DNA of 37,235 nucleotides from assembly GCA_018302745.1 (NCBI GenBank), contig JAGVZH010000014.1, forward strand, positions 1-37,235, given 5' to 3'. The position numbers were made by a program, and so were the translations under genes. This DNA comes from Candidatus Woesearchaeota archaeon (GTDB lineage: Archaea > Nanobdellota > Nanobdellia > SCGC-AAA011-G17 > JAGVZH01). Positions 1-8,955 of the stretch are shown piece by piece; within the stretch, counting starts at the first letter, position 1, and each line of letters begins with the position of its first letter. The notes under the pieces are model-generated. The model did no database searches. It was not told the origin of the DNA and saw only the letters and a program-made list of their open reading frames with translations.

Positions 1-335
1 AGCAACTGTAAATTCCCTATATTTATTGTTACGCCTGGCTCTGAGACTAAAGCTTTAGTTTCTATGTTCCATATTATACTGTCATTTATTTCATTAATTG
101 CCATTCTTCCTCTTCCAATTTCCATAGAAAAAACCCTCTGGCTTCCTGCACCTTCTCCAATGATAGTTCTTATTACTTTGTCCAATTCCAGCATAACTTG
201 CCTTGTCTGGGTGATTGTGTTTTCATCCTTAGCTTTATTTATCAAAGGAGTGCTTGCTGCCAATATTATTCCAAGTACAACAATGCTTATTCCGATGTAC
301 AAGACAGCAGATATCCAAATTTCTCCTTTTTTCAT
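1..335 (-). CDS. Type IV pilin-like protein with class III signal peptide (runs off window start)
   Basis: Hand-translated, not in ORF track: MKKG/EIWISAVLYIGISIVVLGIILAASTPLINKAKDENTITQTRQVMLELDK..., open to position 1; same strand as four adjacent pilins. Confidence 0.8.
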   Translation of the reverse strand, partial: MKKGEIWISAVLYIGISIVVLGIILAASTPLINKAKDENTITQTRQVMLELDKVIRTIIGEGAGSQRVFSMEIGRGRMAINEINDSIIWNIETKALVSEPGVTINIGNLQL

Positions 336-350
336 ATTAAAAAATAAAAA

Positions 351-839
351 TTAGGGTGCTGGCGCACACTCCTTAAGTTCAATTTCTTCACTAATATCGC
401 CACATATAACTTCCTGCCCTTCATCTGAAAATGTCGGCCTTAATAATTCCAGTTTAGTTGCTACACTCCCTACACTTTGAGAATCAAATTCCTGTGTGTA
501 GGATTTTATTCCTAAAGCAACCAAACCCAATTCTAATTCTCTGACATCAATCTGATCATCTTCCAATCCTGTAAATCTCAAACTTACCTTATTTATTGTT
601 GCTTCACCTTTATTTTCTAATGTGAAAGTAACGCTGTTTCCCTGATAACATGCTTTTTTTATTTCAAAAGATACCAGATTACTTTGAAGACAGGCCAATT
701 GGCTTTGCGCTTTTTCCCCAGTCTCTTCTGTCAGGCTTTGGGTAAATGCCTTCCCCCATGTAAAGATTACTAAAGCCAATGCAATAGTAAATCCAATAAC
801 TAATACTGTTGCAATCAACGGGCTTATTCCTTTTTTCAT
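351..839 (-). CDS. Archaeal type IV pilin
   Basis: MKKG/ISPLIATVLVIGFTIALALVIF class III signal peptide and hydrophobic helix; Cys residues in globular domain. Confidence 0.9.
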   Translation of the reverse strand: MKKGISPLIATVLVIGFTIALALVIFTWGKAFTQSLTEETGEKAQSQLACLQSNLVSFEIKKACYQGNSVTFTLENKGEATINKVSLRFTGLEDDQIDVRELELGLVALGIKSYTQEFDSQSVGSVATKLELLRPTFSDEGQEVICGDISEEIELKECAPAP

Positions 840-849
840 TTTATCCTCC

Positions 850-1314
850 TTAACAGCCTTGAGTTATAAAAACCTCAACAGCTTTTTCCTGGCACAAGCT
901 TATCTTGCCATTAATGCTTAATTTTGGAACTATAAATGCGCTTACTGGAACAGCCAATGTCTGTGTCTGCACATCAACACTTCCAACTTCAAGTCCTTTT
1001 ATTAACTGATTAACATCTGTAACTTCTGACTGGTCTCCTGCATCATTCTCCAGTCTTATTACAAATCCTCTGACATCATTGCCTTTTCTGTTTTCTATAA
1101 TGAAATGCACTCCAGAGCTGTCAACGCATGCTTTTTCAATTCCAAGCTCTACTGCAGTAGAGCATACAACTTCTGCTTCCACAATCTCTCCTGTTTTCCC
1201 TACCCTTTCTTCTGTGAAAGTCTGAACCCAGACAAAAATTATAACAGCTAATGCAATAGTAAACCCAATTAAAAGAACAGTAGCAATCAACGGGCTTATA
1301 CCTCTTTTTTTCAT
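850..1314 (-). CDS. Archaeal type IV pilin
   Basis: MKKRG/ISPLIATVLLIGFTIALAVIIF; start moved from 1335 to ATG at 1314, which overlaps the upstream TGA (TGATG coupling). Confidence 0.9.
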   Translation of the reverse strand: MKKRGISPLIATVLLIGFTIALAVIIFVWVQTFTEERVGKTGEIVEAEVVCSTAVELGIEKACVDSSGVHFIIENRKGNDVRGFVIRLENDAGDQSEVTDVNQLIKGLEVGSVDVQTQTLAVPVSAFIVPKLSINGKISLCQEKAVEVFITQGC

Positions 1315-1784
1315 CAACATCCTCCGACAAACCATTGAGTTTCTTCCTGGCTCAACTCTGCTTTTTTATCAGCACATCCAGTTTCTTCCCTTATAGGAAC
1401 TGCCTGAAGTTTTATTATTGCTTTGTTCTCTATAGGAACAACAGCTTCTATATTATTATCAGGCAAGAGATTATTATTAAAACTTACTATTTCATTTCCT
1501 AAAGTATTATCGCTGTAAAATATTCTTACTTGAATTTTATTTATTGCCAAAAATCCTCTATTGTTTATTTTTAATTTTATATTCCTGCTTGCCTTATTGC
1601 ATTCTAATGGCTCTGCATTAATAATAATCTTATCGCAGGTAGATCCTCCTTCTACATACTCAATTAAGCTTTCTTTAGTTGTTTCTGCACTTTCTTTTAA
1701 AAAATTTCCAACAATCAAAGCCAAGCTGACTGTTAGGCCTATAATAAGAATCCATGCTATTAATGGAGAAACACCTTTCTTCAT
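1314..1784 (-). CDS. Archaeal type IV pilin
   Basis: MKKG/VSPLIAWILIIGLTVSLALIV class III signal peptide. Confidence 0.88.
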   Translation of the reverse strand: MKKGVSPLIAWILIIGLTVSLALIVGNFLKESAETTKESLIEYVEGGSTCDKIIINAEPLECNKASRNIKLKINNRGFLAINKIQVRIFYSDNTLGNEIVSFNNNLLPDNNIEAVVPIENKAIIKLQAVPIREETGCADKKAELSQEETQWFVGGC

Positions 1785-2299
1785 GCTGCACCATCTTTCT
1801 TATCTCTTGTCTGGAATACTTGAATTTGATCTCCTTCTGTCCTTCTTGCAACAGCATTCAGTTCAACTGTATCTCCGACAATGAAATAATATTGGGCGCC
1901 ATCTACATCTAGAATAATTTGGTCTCCTTGCTTAGCATTAACCTCTCCCTTAAATTTCTCTTTAAGAACTTGGTCGAACAAATCAGGAAATTCAGTCTGT
2001 ATCTGCCTGTAAGTGTAACCCTGCCCTATCTTAGCTCCTCCTAATTCTATAGTCCCTAATTCATATTCTGCTTCTGGGCTTGTCATTGCCTGGCTTAATA
2101 TATCGGAGATATTTTCCCTTTTAGCGCCAATTAAGGAATTTATCAGCTTGTTAGACTCAATAACATAATTCTCTCCTATAGCCTGTATATCAGTAGTAAG
2201 CTCCTCCTGAATAAAAATATTTGTCCTGGAAACAACCAAGAATACGACGATGCCAATGATTAATGCAACTAGAATATAAATCTGCCCTCTTTTTTTCAT
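1781..2299 (-). CDS. Pilin-like protein with class III signal peptide
   Basis: MKKRG/QIYILVALIIGIVVFLVV; ATGA overlap with next pilin. Confidence 0.75.
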   Translation of the reverse strand: MKKRGQIYILVALIIGIVVFLVVSRTNIFIQEELTTDIQAIGENYVIESNKLINSLIGAKRENISDILSQAMTSPEAEYELGTIELGGAKIGQGYTYRQIQTEFPDLFDQVLKEKFKGEVNAKQGDQIILDVDGAQYYFIVGDTVELNAVARRTEGDQIQVFQTRDKKDGAA

Positions 2300-2334
2300 A
2301 GCAAAAAAGTTGTTTTATTGATTTATATATGTTT

Positions 2335-2811
2335 TTATCCGAAATACTCTTTCTCTCCAGGCATTTTTTCTTCTTTTTTCCAGCTGTCTTTCATTATTTT
2401 TAAGAACTTAAGAAGATCATTTTTTAATGACTGCCATTCCTTAAATACCTCTTTTATAAAATCAGCGTCCTTGCCCTCATCTTCCTCAACATCCAGTAAT
2501 ATGTAGCTCCTGTCTATAAACATCAGCCTTTTAAGGATATTTGTGCATTCATCCATATCATACTCTGAAAAAAACTTGCTTTCATACAAACTTGCCATAT
2601 TAGCGCTATTTGGATATAAAATACTTTCAAGGATCTTGATGAAAAAATCAACTTTGTCGTAAATCCTGCCTCTTATTCTTCTCAGAAGAAAACCATCATG
2701 CTCAATTTCTGCTATATCGAATTCCCTGTCCAAATCTTTAAAACTAGGAAGATTGTATCTCTTCTTTAATACTTCATATTCCTTTTTTAAGTCAAAATCT
2801 TCGTCTTGCAT
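2335..2811 (-). CDS. Hypothetical protein (acidic, helical)
   Basis: 158 aa ORF with host-like composition; no motif recognised. Confidence 0.75.
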   Translation of the reverse strand: MQDEDFDLKKEYEVLKKRYNLPSFKDLDREFDIAEIEHDGFLLRRIRGRIYDKVDFFIKILESILYPNSANMASLYESKFFSEYDMDECTNILKRLMFIDRSYILLDVEEDEGKDADFIKEVFKEWQSLKNDLLKFLKIMKDSWKKEEKMPGEKEYFG

Positions 2812-2865
2812 TTTTTATTTGTTAAGAATCAAATTTATATGTTTTGTGGTATGGACAATTGGTTA

Positions 2866-3222
2866 TTATTCAAGCATTTTAAGAGCAAATTCTCCAATTC
2901 TGTCTATAGCATATGTTCTTTTTATTATTGCATCATAAGATCTCATGACCATCCTTGCATATGAAAATGCATTTCCATGGATTTTCTCTAAAGATGCTGC
3001 CTGATTCAACACATCATATGCCATTTTATACATCCTGCTTTCCCGTCTTGCAAAAAGTGCTCCTTTTTTCTCATACTCTTCTGCAGTCTTTTCAAAAGTT
3101 TCTCCTGCTCTTAAGAGTAAATTAATAGCAGTCCTAAATTCATTTTTAGATTCAGCAATATCTGCTTCTTTTTTAAAATTATCTGCTCTCTCTAAAAGTT
3201 CATCCAAATTTTCATTTGCCAT
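2866..3222 (-). CDS. Hypothetical helical protein
   Basis: 118 aa ORF; AAAAACTTATAA BRE/TATA-like element ~22 nt upstream. Confidence 0.7.
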   Translation of the reverse strand: MANENLDELLERADNFKKEADIAESKNEFRTAINLLLRAGETFEKTAEEYEKKGALFARRESRMYKMAYDVLNQAASLEKIHGNAFSYARMVMRSYDAIIKRTYAIDRIGEFALKMLE

Positions 3223-3271
3223 AATTTAACAAAGGAATTTTAGATTATAAGTTTTTGGTTTAAAAAAATTA

Positions 3272-3357
3272 AGCCCCTGGTGAGAATTGAACTCACGACC
3301 TTTACCTCTTTAGATATATTACCAAGGTAATGCTCTAACCAACTGAGCTACAGGAGC
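3272..3357 (-). tRNA. tRNA-Thr(GGT) with 12-nt intron at 37/38 (intron 3308-3319)
   Basis: Cloverleaf GCTCCTG/CAGGGGC; anticodon arm TTACC-TT-GGT-A-[ATATATCTAAAG]-A-GGTAA; T arm GTGAG-TTCAATT-CTCAC. Confidence 0.95.
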
Positions 3358-3371
3358 GTATGAAAATAAAA

Positions 3372-3457
3372 TGTGGAGGACAGGATTTGAACCTGCGAAC
3401 GGACTAACCGACAGGATCTTAAGTCCTGCGCATTTGACCAGGCTTTGCTACCTCCAC
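3372..3457 (-). tRNA. tRNA-Leu(TAA)
   Basis: GTGGAGG/CCTCCAC acceptor, CAGGA-CT-TAA-GA-TCCTG, long variable arm, discriminator A. Confidence 0.96.
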
Positions 3458-3536
3458 ATTAAAACAGTCTTTGTAATAAATATTTTATAAAGCTTTGCTT
3501 CATAAATTTTAAATACCCAATAATTTTAATCTCTAT

Positions 3537-3902
3537 ATGAAAACCCTATCATTAAAGCAGCCATACGCAGAGCTAATACTGCAGGGCAAAAAGAGAATAG
3601 AATTAAGAAAGTGGAATACTAAATTCAGAGGGGATTTTCTGATACATGCTTCAAAAAATCCATATAAAGATGCTATGAAGAAATTTAATTTTACTGATCT
3701 GCTATTAGGGTGCATTGTCGGCAAAGCTACCTTAACGGATGTAAAAAAATACAAAAGTGAGAAAGAGCATAAAAATGACAGAAATCTGCATCTGTCTTCA
3801 AGCAAATTCGGAAATTACGGCTTTGTTCTCAAAAATGCAAGAAGAATAAAAAATATCCCATGCAAAGGCAGTCTTGGATTCTGGAACTTCAAAAAGAAAT
3901 AA
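3537..3902 (+). CDS. ASCH domain protein
   Basis: LSLKQPYAELILQGKKRIELR (GxKxxExR), LIHAS, C-terminal KGSLGFW. Confidence 0.92.
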   Translation: MKTLSLKQPYAELILQGKKRIELRKWNTKFRGDFLIHASKNPYKDAMKKFNFTDLLLGCIVGKATLTDVKKYKSEKEHKNDRNLHLSSSKFGNYGFVLKNARRIKNIPCKGSLGFWNFKKK

Positions 3903-3918
3903 TTAAATATGAAGAGGA

Positions 3919-4290
3919 TTAGAGTTTTTTATAAAGAAGAATTTTTGTTACTAAATCATTGTTGTCAAATGCTTCATCCAGCCTTCCTCTTCCAGTGGTA
4001 TCTGCAATTTCTTGTAGTTGAAATATAGAATCTTTTCCTACACCTTTATTAATTGCGTCCTCTATGCTTCTTTGCGTTAGCTTAAAGCCTTCTTTTCTAA
4101 GTAGTTGATACCAATCATATTTTATTCTATAAACAGGATTATTCACTTTCTCAAGAATATTTCCAGCAGGATAATTAGGCCTAATACGTGTGCCAAAAGA
4201 TCTGTCTCTATAATCACCAATACCTACTTTAAAATTAGGATTTATTTTATAAGTTGACGTTCTCCCTGAAATTATTCCTATAGTTACCAT
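3919..4290 (-). CDS. Hypothetical protein
   Basis: 123 aa ORF with upstream GTGA and TATA-like element; no motif recognised. Confidence 0.6.
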   Translation of the reverse strand: MVTIGIISGRTSTYKINPNFKVGIGDYRDRSFGTRIRPNYPAGNILEKVNNPVYRIKYDWYQLLRKEGFKLTQRSIEDAINKGVGKDSIFQLQEIADTTGRGRLDEAFDNNDLVTKILLYKKL

Positions 4291-4348
4291 TTTTCATCAC
4301 TGCAAAAACTAATTTTCTATAAATTAATCCTTTAAAAAGTTTTCTTTA

Positions 4349-4420
4349 AGCCCCAAGCAGGACTTGAACCTGCAATCTCCACTTTACGAAAGTGGTGCAT
4401 TGCCATTATGCTACTGGAGC
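4349..4420 (-). tRNA. tRNA-Thr(CGT)
   Basis: GCTCCAG/TTGGGGC acceptor, CCACT-TT-CGT-AA-AGTGG, GCAGG-TTCAAGT-CCTGC. Confidence 0.96.
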
Positions 4421-4429
4421 ACAAAAGAA

Positions 4430-4579
4430 TCAGCTTAATCTTTCCTTTAAATCTTTATACTTTTTCTGGCAAGCCATGCATACAGCCTTAGGTTTTCCGT
4501 CAACCTTAACATAAGTTCCTTTTATTTTATTCAAAAAAGTTTCTTCTATCTTCTCTTTACATGCATCGCACTTAACCAT
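4430..4579 (-). CDS. Small Cys4 zinc-finger protein (49 aa)
   Basis: Hand-translated MVKCDACKEKIEETFLNKIKGTYVKVDGKPKAVCMACQKKYKDLKERLS; two CxxC; TTTATATA ~22 nt upstream. Confidence 0.8.
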   Translation of the reverse strand: MVKCDACKEKIEETFLNKIKGTYVKVDGKPKAVCMACQKKYKDLKERLS

Positions 4580-4627
4580 AAAAAATTTAGAAAAAGCTAT
4601 CTATATAAAACTTTACTCTAATGCTGT

Positions 4628-4750
4628 TTATTCCAGGCTTTCGTAATTGCCGCACTCTCTGCAGTAGACTCTTGTTTCATTAACTAAGATTTCTCTGCTT
4701 CCGCATTCGATACACAATTGCTTATCAGCCATAACCAACCCCATTTCCAT
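4628..4750 (-). CDS. Zinc-ribbon microprotein (40 aa, TFIIB-ribbon-like spacing)
   Basis: MEMGLVMADKQLCIECGSREILVNETRVYCRECGNYESLE; two CxxCG; strong SD AAGGAGGTG at 4762-4770. Confidence 0.75.
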   Translation of the reverse strand: MEMGLVMADKQLCIECGSREILVNETRVYCRECGNYESLE

Positions 4751-4780
4751 TTTTTTCTAAGCACCTCCTTATTATACCTA

Positions 4781-4827
4781 AGTGTTGTATTTTAGTTAAT
4801 CATTACTGACAAAAAAAGTACAACACT
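4781..4827. promoter_or_regulatory. Inverted repeat, candidate operator between divergent genes
   Basis: AGTGTTGTA (4781-4789) / TACAACACT (4819-4827), extendable by TTT/AAA after one mismatch. Confidence 0.45.
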
Positions 4828-4874
4828 CTGACATCTCTAGAAAGTCTTAAATATCAATAAATAACTATAGGAAG

Positions 4875-5726
4875 ATGGTTCTCAAAAATGATACTACACA
4901 AAAAATAAAAAGATTTGTATATGAGCAGCCAAGAACAGTCCAGGAAATTTCTAATTTCATAAAGAAAAACTGGAGAACAGCAGACAGGTATGTTGAGCAG
5001 ATAAGCAGGGAAGATGGTTCAATTTTAACCAAAACGTTCAGGGGTGGAACTAGAGGTGCTTTAAAAATTGTTTTTTGGAATAATTCTGAAAAAGTATACT
5101 CATCAAGATTTCAGGAAAAACTTTTAGAGAGAATATTAAATTCCAGAAACAAAGAGGATTTTTCTCCGTTTGACATTTATCAGTATGTCGAAGATAAAAA
5201 AAGAAATGCTTTTGCAGAAAAACAGGAATATGAAGCAAAAAAAGTAAGGCAGGATTTATTCAATCTATTCAGGGATGCAAAAAAACAGATTTTTATTTTT
5301 TCTGGTAATCTATCATGGGCAAATTTAAAGCAGAACAAAGAAACAATAGCTGATGTGCTTGAGGAGCTGGCAAAGAAAAAAATAGATATAAATATATTAA
5401 CAAATGTTGATGCAACTAGCTTGGAAAATACAGAGAAGGTTTTGGCAATAAATGAAAGGATAGGCAGGGAAGCTATAAAAGTAAGGCATGCCCAGCAGCC
5501 TTTAAGGGCATTTATAGTTGATGATAAATTAGCAAGATTTAAAGAAGTAAAAAATCCTGAATTAAACAGAAAGGGGGAGATGAAAAAAACTACCTTTATA
5601 TTCTATGAAATATTTGACAAAGAATGGATTTTATGGCTGCAGAAAGTTTTCTGGCATATATTTCATCCAGCAATATTAGCAGAAAAAAGGCTGGATGATT
5701 TAAGATCCATCCACAGATTAAAATGA
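4875..5726 (+). CDS. Putative transcription regulator, N-terminal wHTH plus TrmB/PLD-like C-terminal domain
   Basis: PRTVQEISNFIKKNWRTADRYV HTH-like segment; AKKQIFIFSGNL...IDINILT...RAFIVDDK typical of TrmB-type effector domain. Confidence 0.65.
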   Translation: MVLKNDTTQKIKRFVYEQPRTVQEISNFIKKNWRTADRYVEQISREDGSILTKTFRGGTRGALKIVFWNNSEKVYSSRFQEKLLERILNSRNKEDFSPFDIYQYVEDKKRNAFAEKQEYEAKKVRQDLFNLFRDAKKQIFIFSGNLSWANLKQNKETIADVLEELAKKKIDINILTNVDATSLENTEKVLAINERIGREAIKVRHAQQPLRAFIVDDKLARFKEVKNPELNRKGEMKKTTFIFYEIFDKEWILWLQKVFWHIFHPAILAEKRLDDLRSIHRLK

Positions 5727-6565
5727 GAATTGGCGGACAAGCAGTAATTGAAGGAGTATTAATGCGCTCTACAAATTATACTGCAATAGCTACAGCAAAA
5801 AACAATAAAATAAAAGTAAAGATAACCAAGAATAATCCTTTCATTAAAAAATATGAAAAGACCCTTTTTATCAGAGGCATAGTCTACTTAATTGATATGC
5901 TTGTTGTAGGAATCAGGGCATTAAGCTATTCAACAAAAGAATTTACTGGAGAAGAGGAAAAAATTTCAGACTGGGGTATTTTTTTGAGTATTCTGCTTGC
6001 ATTTCTTTTTTCTATAGGATTGTTCATAATAGCGCCTTTTTATCTTGCAAAATTATTTCTGCCAAACGGATTTTTATTCAATTTAATAGATGGCTTGTTC
6101 AGAATAGTAATTTTTATTATTTATATAGTGGTAATAGGCAAATTTGCAGATATAAAAAGAGTTTTCCAGTATCATGGAGCAGAGCACAAAACAATAGCTT
6201 GTTATGAGAATAAAAAATCCTTGAATTTAAAAAATATAAAAAAATTTTCTACATTACACCCAAGATGCGGAACAAGCTTCTTGATTATAGTCTTGATATT
6301 AAGCATACTGATTTTCTCATTTATTTTATCAGAATCTACCTTAATAAAAATAAGCTCCAGAATAATCTTAATTCCTGTAATTGCTTCATTGTCTTATGAG
6401 GTTTTGAGGATAGCAGACAAGTATAAAAATTTCTTTTTGTTTAAAATTTTGATTTATCCTGGATTATTATTGCAGAAGATAACCACAAAAGAGCCTGACA
6501 ACAGCCAGATAAAAGTAGCCTTAAAATCTCTTGATGTCTTGCTAAAAAAAGAGAAGAATGGGTAA
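5723..6565 (+). CDS. DUF1385 family membrane protein
   Basis: IGGQAVIEGVLMR, FQYHGAEHK, HPRCGTSF, LQKITTKEPD motifs; several TM helices. Confidence 0.92.
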   Translation: MRIGGQAVIEGVLMRSTNYTAIATAKNNKIKVKITKNNPFIKKYEKTLFIRGIVYLIDMLVVGIRALSYSTKEFTGEEEKISDWGIFLSILLAFLFSIGLFIIAPFYLAKLFLPNGFLFNLIDGLFRIVIFIIYIVVIGKFADIKRVFQYHGAEHKTIACYENKKSLNLKNIKKFSTLHPRCGTSFLIIVLILSILIFSFILSESTLIKISSRIILIPVIASLSYEVLRIADKYKNFFLFKILIYPGLLLQKITTKEPDNSQIKVALKSLDVLLKKEKNG

Positions 6566-8339
6566 AATGACTAAAAAAGTTGCAGCAATAGTTGAAAGAA
6601 ACAAATGCCATCCTGACAAATGCCAGCATGAATGCATTAAATATGATCCTATAAACAGGTCTGGCAAAGGGGAAGGCTTTCATATAGGACCTCATGGAAA
6701 AGCAGAGATTTTTGATGAAGTTGTTTCTGAAATCCACAGGATATCTGCCAACAAATGCCCTTTTGAAGCAATTCATATTGTAAAGCTTCCGCAAAAATTA
6801 GAAAATCCTCTTCATAAATACGGGCAGAACGCTTTTGAGTTATATTCCTTGCCTTTGATTAAAGAAAATACAATTGTAGGGATAATAGGAAGGAACGGTA
6901 TAGGCAAATCTACTGCCTTAAACATTCTTTCTGGAAATTTAAAGCCTAATTTAGGAAATTTCAAAGGAGAATCTGAAGAAGAGAATATTCTAAATTATTT
7001 TGCAAAAACCCACCTGAAGGATTATTTCAGGAAATTATTTGATAAAAAAATAAAAGTCGCTTACAAGCCTCAAAGAGTAGAGTTGATACCTTCAATGTAT
7101 AAAGGCAGTGTTATCAATTTACTGGAAAAACATGATGATAAAAAGCTTGCTGATGAATTATTGAAAGAATTGGATTTAAGTGAAATAAAAAACCATGATA
7201 TCTCAAAAATCTCTGGAGGCGAACTTCAAAGGGTAGCAATAATTGCTTCACTAATAAAAGATTCAGATGTGATTTATTTGGATGAGCCAGCCTCTTTCCT
7301 TGACATAACTTACAGGATAAAAGTCGCTAAGTTGATAAGGGAATTTGCAAAAAATACATCGACTTTGGTAGTTGAGCATGACTTGGCAACTTTAGACTAC
7401 ATTTCTGATGAGATTCAAATAGCTTACGGAGAGCATGCATGTTATGGTGTATTTTCACAGTCAAAAGGAGTAAGAAGAGGGATAAATGAATACTTAGACG
7501 GCTATCTGCCTGATGAGAATATAAGATTCAGAGATTATAAAATTGATTTCTCAATACCTCAGATACAAGCTTTGAAATCTGAAGTTTTAGCTTCTTTTCC
7601 TGGATTCGAAAAGTCTTATGAAAAATTCAGATTAAAAGTGAATGAAGCTGAATTTAAAAAATCCCAGGTATTGGCAGTAATGGGTTCAAATGGATTAGGA
7701 AAAACTACTTTTTTAAAAATATTAGCAGGAATAGAAAGTCCGGATAACACAAAGATAGAGCCTTTGTCAATTTCTTACAAACCGCAATACATAGAAGTTA
7801 TTGATGGCACAATAGAAGAGCATTTGAGAAAAGTATCTGGAAGCTTGTTTGATTCAGGATGGTACCAGCAGAATATCTTAGAAAAATTAAATCTAAAGCC
7901 AATAATGAAAAATGAAATAAATTTCTTGTCTGGAGGAGAGCTTCAAAAATTTTACGTTGCATTAACATTATCAAGGGATTCTAAAATAATGGCTTTTGAT
8001 GAGCCTTCTGCTTTTATAGATACAGAAGACAGATTAAAAGTAGCAGAAGTGATAAAAGAATTTACTCAGAAAAAAGAAGTCTCTACTGTTGTTGTAGATC
8101 ATGACATCCAATTCATAGATTATATTGCTGATTCAATGCTGGTTTTTGAAGGAATCCCATCAAAGGAGGGTAATGTCTATGGGCCTTTGACAAAAAAAGA
8201 TGGCATGAATAAAGTTCTAAAAAATTTGGGCATTACTTATAGAAAAGACAAAACTACTTTCAGACCTAGAATAAACAAGCCGCAATCCCAGGTAGATGAG
8301 CAGCAAAAAAAGAATGAGGAATACTATTTGGTCAGTTAA
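6558..8339 (+). CDS. rli: Ribosome recycling ATPase ABCE1/Rli1 with degenerate Fe-S domain
   Basis: Two NBDs (GRNGIGKS, ISGGELQ, LDEP; GSNGLGKT, LSGGELQ, FDEP), N-terminal CHPDKC..C, C-terminal RPRINK. Confidence 0.95.
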   Translation: MGKMTKKVAAIVERNKCHPDKCQHECIKYDPINRSGKGEGFHIGPHGKAEIFDEVVSEIHRISANKCPFEAIHIVKLPQKLENPLHKYGQNAFELYSLPLIKENTIVGIIGRNGIGKSTALNILSGNLKPNLGNFKGESEEENILNYFAKTHLKDYFRKLFDKKIKVAYKPQRVELIPSMYKGSVINLLEKHDDKKLADELLKELDLSEIKNHDISKISGGELQRVAIIASLIKDSDVIYLDEPASFLDITYRIKVAKLIREFAKNTSTLVVEHDLATLDYISDEIQIAYGEHACYGVFSQSKGVRRGINEYLDGYLPDENIRFRDYKIDFSIPQIQALKSEVLASFPGFEKSYEKFRLKVNEAEFKKSQVLAVMGSNGLGKTTFLKILAGIESPDNTKIEPLSISYKPQYIEVIDGTIEEHLRKVSGSLFDSGWYQQNILEKLNLKPIMKNEINFLSGGELQKFYVALTLSRDSKIMAFDEPSAFIDTEDRLKVAEVIKEFTQKKEVSTVVVDHDIQFIDYIADSMLVFEGIPSKEGNVYGPLTKKDGMNKVLKNLGITYRKDKTTFRPRINKPQSQVDEQQKKNEEYYLVS

Positions 8340-8648
8340 AACTTTTAATCATAAATTTTGTTTATATACCCCTTCATCTTATAGTAGAAACAGTTTACAG
8401 AGGGAAAAAATTTACTACTTCTGAATGTTCTGAAAAAGATTTTCCGTTCTGCAAAATATAATTTCCAAATTGAATTTGTTTATAAACAAGCTTTACTACC
8501 AAAACTTAAAAGAGGTGCAAAATTGTACGGTGTGGATTGGAAAGAGTTTAAGGCTAACAAGCAATTAAATCAGTTTATTGATGAGCAAAAAGATGATTCT
8601 GAGGAAGAAGGGGAAACTTTTTAAATCTTTTTTTCTTATATTATTCTT

Positions 8649-8954
8649 ATGGACGGCTTTATAGAAATCACTACAAAAGATAGAATACCAAATGGCCAGG
8701 GAAGAATGTTTGAGGTAAAAGGCATCCCTATAGCAATATTCAACATTGATGGAGAATTTTATGCAATAAATAACACATGCCCTCACAGGGCTGGCAATTT
8801 ATCAGAAGGTTATCTTTCTGGATCTATTGTAACATGCCCGTTGCATGCATGGGAGTTTGATGTTAAATCCGGAAATTCTCCGGCAGGAAATAATATAAAA
8901 GTAGCTTCTTACAAAGTAAAAATAGAAGGAGATAAGATTTTAGTTTCTTTATAA
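8649..8954 (+). CDS. Rieske [2Fe-2S] ferredoxin
   Basis: CPH...CPLH Rieske ligands, WEFDVKSG. Confidence 0.93.
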   Translation: MDGFIEITTKDRIPNGQGRMFEVKGIPIAIFNIDGEFYAINNTCPHRAGNLSEGYLSGSIVTCPLHAWEFDVKSGNSPAGNNIKVASYKVKIEGDKILVSL

Positions 8955-8955
8955 A

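Noticed and set aside
64..354. 96 aa plus-strand ORF
   Set aside because: Antisense shadow of the minus-strand pilin-like gene at 1-335
3272..4420. tRNA-Thr duplication as attL/attR around the ASCH gene
   Set aside because: The two Thr tRNAs are complete, different isoacceptors with divergent sequences
8381..8624. Stop-free frame 8388-8624 (KQFTEGK...LYGVDWKEF...EEEGETF) between ABCE1 and the Rieske gene
   Set aside because: No ATG and no recognisable motif; may be a gene remnant but cannot be supported
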